Program-made: the position numbers and the translations under genes
Notes under the pieces: generated by a model
Databases searched by the model: none
Told to the model about the DNA's origin: nothing
Seen by the model: only the letters and a program-made list of their open reading frames with translations
Shown: in pieces, positions 59,534 through 64,000 of the stretch
Numbering within the stretch: the first letter of the stretch is position 1
How the letters are laid out: every line of letters starts with the position of its first letter
Assembly (NCBI GenBank): GCA_044869265.1
Contig: JBIOXD010000008.1
Span: forward strand, 7,081-71,080
Source: Gemmatimonadales bacterium
GTDB taxonomy: Bacteria; Gemmatimonadota; Gemmatimonadetes; Gemmatimonadales; GWC2-71-9
Length of the DNA: 64,000 nt
Direction: 5' to 3'

Positions 59534-60834
59534 AGGTGATGCACGGGAAATCCTGCTGCCGCAATGAGCAGCCCGTAGATCGGCGAAAAGTTGCCGACCT
59601 GAATCTGTCCCCAGACGATGGCCGATACACCCACGACGGTGCCTATCACGAACAACAGGGGGAGCCATGGATAGGCGGGTGTGCGGAACGGCCGAGGGCG
59701 TTCAGCCATCTTTCGGCGCAGCACGAAGACCGCGCTGACCGCGAAGATCAGCGCCGCCCACTCGATGACCACGAAGTAGGTCGTGAGCGCATCGAAATCC
59801 CTCAGCATGAGCACCATGATGATCGCGACCACCCCCACAATGAGTTGCGCCGCCCAGGGCGTGGCCCAGCGCGGATGGATCTTGCCGAGGAACGCAAACG
59901 TCAGTCCATCGTGAGCCATCGCGTACGCGACGCGCGGCTTGGCGAGGAGATTACCGTTGAGCGCGCCGAAAATGCTCGTCATGATCGCGAGCATGATCAG
60001 AACGCCGGCGGCAGGTCCGGCGATCCCGGTCATGACTGTCCGCGCGATCGCTTCCTTCTGCTGTGCCATCACGCCGACCGGCATCATGTACAGGTACGCG
60101 AGGTTCGCACCGATGTAGAGGGTGACAATCGTCAGCATCCCGATGATGATGATCCGCTTCATCAGCCGCTCGGGGGCGACGACCTCGCCCGAGATCATGC
60201 TGACGGCAACCCAACCGTCGTATGTCCAGATGACCGCGGCGACCGCGCGTGCAAGGCCGCCGCCGTGGACCGCACCGCCTTCCGTAATGTTCGAGAAACT
60301 GCCGTCTCCCAACAGAAACGCGCCGAGAATGATTGCCACCAGGGCGGTCACCTTCACGAGTGTGGTCACTTCGCTCACGGCTGCTCCCACGCGCGCTCCG
60401 AGCACGTTCGCGCCCGTCAGGATGATGATGGCGGCGATCGCGATCGCCTGGACCGGCGCGCCCGCCGGCGTGCCGAGCAGGTTGAGGAGGAATTCCGAGA
60501 AGACCACGGCAAGCGCGGCAACAGTGGTGGGTGTGGTGATCAGCACATACAACCAGCCGAAGACAAATGCGGCAGCATCGCCGTAAGCCTCGCGCAGGTA
60601 GACGTACACGCCACCCGCCTGCGGCAGCAGCGAGCTCAGTTCCGCGATGACGAGCGCGCCGCAAATGCTGATCAGACCGAAGGCCGTCCAGAGTGCCATG
60701 ACGACGAGCGGATTGGGGACGAGCCCGGCAATCGTGGGCGGTGTGCGGAAGATGCCGCTGCCGATCGTGATGCCGACGATGAGCGCCGTTCCACCGGTTA
60801 GCCCAATGACTCGGCGGAGACCGTCCGAGCTCAA
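59506..60834 (-). CDS. APC-superfamily amino-acid permease
   Basis: 12 TM helices and GSGIF near the N-terminus, typical of amino acid/polyamine/organocation transporters. Confidence 0.85.
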   Translation of the reverse strand: MSSDGLRRVIGLTGGTALIVGITIGSGIFRTPPTIAGLVPNPLVVMALWTAFGLISICGALVIAELSSLLPQAGGVYVYLREAYGDAAAFVFGWLYVLITTPTTVAALAVVFSEFLLNLLGTPAGAPVQAIAIAAIIILTGANVLGARVGAAVSEVTTLVKVTALVAIILGAFLLGDGSFSNITEGGAVHGGGLARAVAAVIWTYDGWVAVSMISGEVVAPERLMKRIIIIGMLTIVTLYIGANLAYLYMMPVGVMAQQKEAIARTVMTGIAGPAAGVLIMLAIMTSIFGALNGNLLAKPRVAYAMAHDGLTFAFLGKIHPRWATPWAAQLIVGVVAIIMVLMLRDFDALTTYFVVIEWAALIFAVSAVFVLRRKMAERPRPFRTPAYPWLPLLFVIGTVVGVSAIVWGQIQVGNFSPIYGLLIAAAGFPVHHLWKRARRSA

Positions 60835-61901
60835 TGCGGGAGCGGCGGCAGGAATTTGAGACAGACGGGACTCGGAATCGCGATGCGCTGGCGCGTGGGC
60901 GTCAACCTGCCGGTCTCTCGGTCAAGCCCAAACACGATAACGGAGTCGGAGCGTTGATTGGCGACGAGCAGCCACTGCCCGCTGGGATGCAGGCTGAAGT
61001 TGCGCGGCCAATCGCCTTCTGTGGAGACGACCTGGTCGAGTGTGAGCGCACCCGTTGATGCCTCCACAGAGAACACGGCGATGCTGTTGTGGCCGCGATT
61101 CGACACGTACACGGTGCGTCCAGAGGCTGCGACGTGGATGTCAGCTGGGTAATTCGTGCCGGTCCACCCGTCCGGAAGCGTCGACCGCGTGGCGAGCAGG
61201 GAAAGGCTTCCGCGCTCGGGGTCGAAACGGAGCGTGGCGACCGTGGAGTCGAGCTCGTTGGCGGCGAAGAGCAGCGGCAGCGTCGGGTGGAAGGCGATGT
61301 GCCGCGGGCCCGCGCCGGGGCGCAGACGCAAGTCGCCGCCCTCGATGTGGCGCAGGGATTTGCCGTTCACGTCGATACGGTAGACGAACACGCGGTCGGC
61401 GCCGAGGTCTGCGGCGAGCGCGTAACGGTTGGAGGGATCGGGAAGGATGCAGTGGGCATGCGGCGCTTCCTGGCGCTCGGCATTCGGTCCTGATCCCGTG
61501 TGGCGAACCACCTGCGCGGCGGGGCTGAGTGCGCCATTCGCCTGGATCGGCAGCAGCGCCACGCTGCCCCCGGCGTAGTTAGCGACCAACGCGAATCGAC
61601 CACGCCCGTCCACGCTTACGAAGCAGGGCGCACCACCTTCCGATGGCTGCTCATTCAGTCGGGTGAGTGCGCCGGTGGCCGGCTCGATCGCAAACGCTCG
61701 TAGCGCGCCCTGCTCGAGCTCGTTGACGGCGTAGAGCACCCGCCGGTTCGCGTGGATGGCGAGGAAGGACGGGTTCGGCCCGGCATCCACCGAGCCGACT
61801 CGCAGCAACTCCCCGGACCTCCGGTCCATGCTCACGAGATGGATGCTTTCGGTATACGTCCCCACATAGAGAAGATCGGGATCCGTCGGAGCCTCGGTCA
61901 T
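60831..61901 (-). CDS. 7-bladed beta-propeller lactonase family protein
   Basis: LLYVGTYTES N-terminus, recurrent ...P..L..HP.... blades, and the ...DSVIVFGLD pattern typical of the Pgl-type lactonase family. Confidence 0.8.
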   Translation of the reverse strand: MTEAPTDPDLLYVGTYTESIHLVSMDRRSGELLRVGSVDAGPNPSFLAIHANRRVLYAVNELEQGALRAFAIEPATGALTRLNEQPSEGGAPCFVSVDGRGRFALVANYAGGSVALLPIQANGALSPAAQVVRHTGSGPNAERQEAPHAHCILPDPSNRYALAADLGADRVFVYRIDVNGKSLRHIEGGDLRLRPGAGPRHIAFHPTLPLLFAANELDSTVATLRFDPERGSLSLLATRSTLPDGWTGTNYPADIHVAASGRTVYVSNRGHNSIAVFSVEASTGALTLDQVVSTEGDWPRNFSLHPSGQWLLVANQRSDSVIVFGLDRETGRLTPTRQRIAIPSPVCLKFLPPLPH

Positions 61902-63307
61902 CGTTGTGCCCTGACCGCTTTCCCCGGTGCGACGCCCTCGACGGCCCGTCCGTTCGCGACGACCGACACACCGTTCACGATCACGTGCCGAATGCCGACC
62001 GGCGAGAGCGACGGCTCCCGGTATGTCGACCGATCCAGCACCGTCGCCGGATCAAAGACCGTGATATCGGCATCGGCGCCGACCTGGAGGCGTCCCTTCT
62101 GCAGCATCGCCGGGACGCGCGCCTCGAGTCGCTGCGCCGGTCGGAGCGTCATCTTGCCGAGCGCGTCCATCAACGACAGCCTCACCCCCTGACCCCCTCT
62201 CCCGTTGGGAGAGGGGGAACGCACGTAGCGGCCGAGCACCCTCGAGAACGTTCCCGTCGTGCGCGGATGCCCCGTGCCGTTCCTCCAGTATGCGTCGCTC
62301 GCGATGATGGTGAGTGGGCTGCTGATCGCCGTGGCCACCATCTGCTCGGTGTTGGAATGGATGACGATTGGGCCGCCGAGCCGCGTATAATGCGCAAAGC
62401 TGTCGCGGTTCAAGCGCTCGCCCGTGGGCGGCCACTCGATCTCGCCGAGTCGCGCCTCGGGAGCGGATCTGTAGATGTCCTGAATCGTCGCCGACTGAAT
62501 TTCCGTCATGCCGGCCGTGTACGGATAGGCCTCCACCGTGACGTCGCGACCGCGCGCGCGGGCATCGCCGATCATTGCGAGCATCTCCGGAGTTGCCGCC
62601 AGCGCTGAGCTGTTGATGTGGACCACGTGGAGCGGAGCCTGGGTTTCGTCCGCGAGCGCAAGCGCTTCGGTCAAACCGGCGACACCGGGGCGAATGTGCA
62701 CGTGAACGGGTGCCTTCGTCCTCCCGGCGACACGAAACACGGCCAGCAGCTCCTCTCGCGTTGCCGCCGGCGTGTACGGAAACCCCGCGCCGATGCTCAC
62801 CGCGCCCTCGCGGAGACCGGTCTCGACGCGCTGCGTGATCTCGCGGATTTGTTCTGGCGACGCCGCGCGATAGGCGCCGTCACCGACGGGCATCACCTCG
62901 CCGGAATCGTGCATCACCGCCATCCGGACTCTGATGTGGCCGATACTGACGCCGTAGTTGATGCGCTCGCCCCGCTCTCGATCGCGGTACCAGGCGGCGA
63001 CATCGGACGTGCCGAGCTCGAGCTCGAGCGCCGTCGTCACGCCGTCCAGCGACTGGAACCGATAGGTCTCGGGCGTCTGCCCGTGCGCGTGCAGGTCAAT
63101 GAAGCCGGGGGCGACGACGAGACCGTGCGCATCGACGGTGTCCCGGCCGAGTATGGGTTGCGTCGTGATGACGGCGATGCGACCGCCCGCGAGCCCGATG
63201 TTGCGGACTGCATCGAGTCCGGAGGCGGGGTCCATCACGCGTCCGCCGAGAATGACGCGATCGTAGGCCGGCGCGCCGACCTGTAGTAGGAGGAGCAGTC
63301 CTATCAT
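61898..63307 (-). CDS. D-aminoacylase (N-acyl-D-amino-acid deacylase) family amidohydrolase
   Basis: ATG at 63307 with a short signal-like MIGLLLLLQVGAPA. GGRVMDPASG, APGFIDLHAHG (HxH), and C-terminal GTFSRVLGRYVR...KMTLRPAQRL...GADADITVFDP. Confidence 0.85.
   Translation of the reverse strand: MIGLLLLLQVGAPAYDRVILGGRVMDPASGLDAVRNIGLAGGRIAVITTQPILGRDTVDAHGLVVAPGFIDLHAHGQTPETYRFQSLDGVTTALELELGTSDVAAWYRDRERGERINYGVSIGHIRVRMAVMHDSGEVMPVGDGAYRAASPEQIREITQRVETGLREGAVSIGAGFPYTPAATREELLAVFRVAGRTKAPVHVHIRPGVAGLTEALALADETQAPLHVVHINSSALAATPEMLAMIGDARARGRDVTVEAYPYTAGMTEIQSATIQDIYRSAPEARLGEIEWPPTGERLNRDSFAHYTRLGGPIVIHSNTEQMVATAISSPLTIIASDAYWRNGTGHPRTTGTFSRVLGRYVRSPSPNGRGGQGVRLSLMDALGKMTLRPAQRLEARVPAMLQKGRLQVGADADITVFDPATVLDRSTYREPSLSPVGIRHVIVNGVSVVANGRAVEGVAPGKAVRAQR
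62193..62217. repeat. perfect hairpin CCCCCTCTCCC-gtt-GGGAGAGGGGG inside the D-aminoacylase coding sequence
   Basis: 11-bp perfect stem and 3-nt loop. On the coding strand it encodes part of SPSPNGRGGQGV. Confidence 0.85.
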
Positions 63308-63351
63308 GGGATGACATCCTATCTCTTTTCTTGAAAAAGCGCGCGCCCCAG

Positions 63352-63548
63352 CTGTCATCCTGAGCGAAGCGCGCCGAAGGCGCGAGCGAAGGACCTGCTT
63401 TCGGTGTAGGCGGGAAGGCAGGTCCTTCGCTGCGCGCGCTGCGGTGTTGCGCGAAGGGTCTGCGTGTCGTGACGGCTTCCCGAAAACCCAACGGAAAGCA
63501 GGTCCTTCGCGCCTTGTCGCTGCGCGACTGCGGCGCTCAGGATGACAG
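63352..63548. repeat. intergenic repeat family, copies 5 and 6 forming an inverted pair (MITE-like, about 197 bp)
   Basis: Left end ctgtcatcctgagcgaagcgcgccgaaggcgcgagcgaaggacctgct. Right end agcaggtccttcgcgcc...gcggcgctcaggatgacag. Internal hairpin GAAGGACCTGC...GCAGGTCCTTC. Confidence 0.85.
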
Positions 63549-63631
63549 CCGCGCTCGCTCTTGTGAGGAAAGAAGAAGGAAGGAATCGGTTACCCTTTTG
63601 TCGATTCCGGCCCAGCTCGTTCGACGAATCA

Positions 63632-64000
63632 GTGACCGCCAACAGGGAAAACCCGATTAACGAAGCGCCACCTAAAGCCGGCAAGCGCGAGTGGATCGGC
63701 TTAGCGGTCATCGCCTTGCCGTGCCTCTTGTACTCGATGGATCTGACGGTGCTGCACCTGGCGGTGCCGCGCCTCACCGTCGATCTCGAGCCGAGCAGCG
63801 TGCAGCTGCTGTGGATCATTGATATCTACGGGTTTCTGCTCGCCGGCTCGCTCATCACCATGGGAACGCTGGGCGACCGCATTGGCCGGCGCCGCCTGCT
63901 GCTCGTTGGCGCCGCGTTCTTCGGAGCCGCGTCCGTGCTCGCGGCGTTCTCGCGCACTGCGACGATGTTGATAGTCTCGCGGGCCTTGCTCGGCATCGCT
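63632..64000 (+). CDS. MFS transporter (DHA2/EmrB-like), 3' partial
   Basis: From the GTG at 63632: ..KREWIGLAVIALPCLLYSMDLTVLHLAVPRLTVDLEPSS.QLLWIIDIYGFLLAGSLITMGTLGDRIGRRRLLL.GAA.F is the MFS motif A region. The frame is open to the window end, and it is absent from the ORF track because no stop is present. Confidence 0.8.
   Translation, partial: MTANRENPINEAPPKAGKREWIGLAVIALPCLLYSMDLTVLHLAVPRLTVDLEPSSVQLLWIIDIYGFLLAGSLITMGTLGDRIGRRRLLLVGAAFFGAASVLAAFSRTATMLIVSRALLGIA

Overview
Visibly GC-rich (about two-thirds G+C by eye), densely coding bacterial chromosomal window with about 65 genes and no rRNA, tRNA or CRISPR that I can recognise. Many neighbouring genes are joined by 4-nt ATGA or GTGA stop/start overlaps. 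The gene content (PadR plus an ADOP-type duplicated FtsX permease, many exported amidohydrolases, ECF sigma modules) resembles a soil Gemmatimonadota or Acidobacteriota genome, which I cannot verify without a search. Layout: (i) 1-14.2 kb holds a two-component system, an orphan CheY-like regulator, and a translationally coupled four-gene operon. That operon encodes two exported proteins with no nameable family, a beta-barrel outer-membrane protein, and a 1885-aa lipoprotein built from 20 Big_2 Ig-like domains. The Big_2 gene contains a near-identical 783-786 bp higher-order tandem repeat. This is my best candidate for an undescribed cell-surface system. (ii) 14.3-18.7 kb is a redox-signalling module: a REC/Grx-like/TrxR-like fusion lacking the canonical CxxC motifs, a cNMP-domain histidine kinase, and a convergent dps/dsbA-like pair. 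(iii) 19-45 kb holds miscellaneous stress, detoxification and envelope genes, plus several decayed genes (frameshifted nitronate monooxygenase, truncated CPBP protease, internally deleted alkylation-repair gene). (iv) 43.8-47.8 kb and 63.3-63.6 kb carry an intergenic repeat family with the terminal motif CTGTCATCCTGAGCG. One pair of copies flanks a GIY-YIG gene that has an in-frame TAG. (v) 47.8-57.6 kb holds KDG/KDPG genes, aldo-keto reductases, a sugar dehydrogenase and esterases. (vi) 57.6-63.3 kb is a six-gene minus-strand operon that looks like N-acyl-D-amino-acid catabolism, and its D-aminoacylase carries an in-frame palindromic insertion. All functional calls rest on motifs I recognise in the translations. 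No database search was run.
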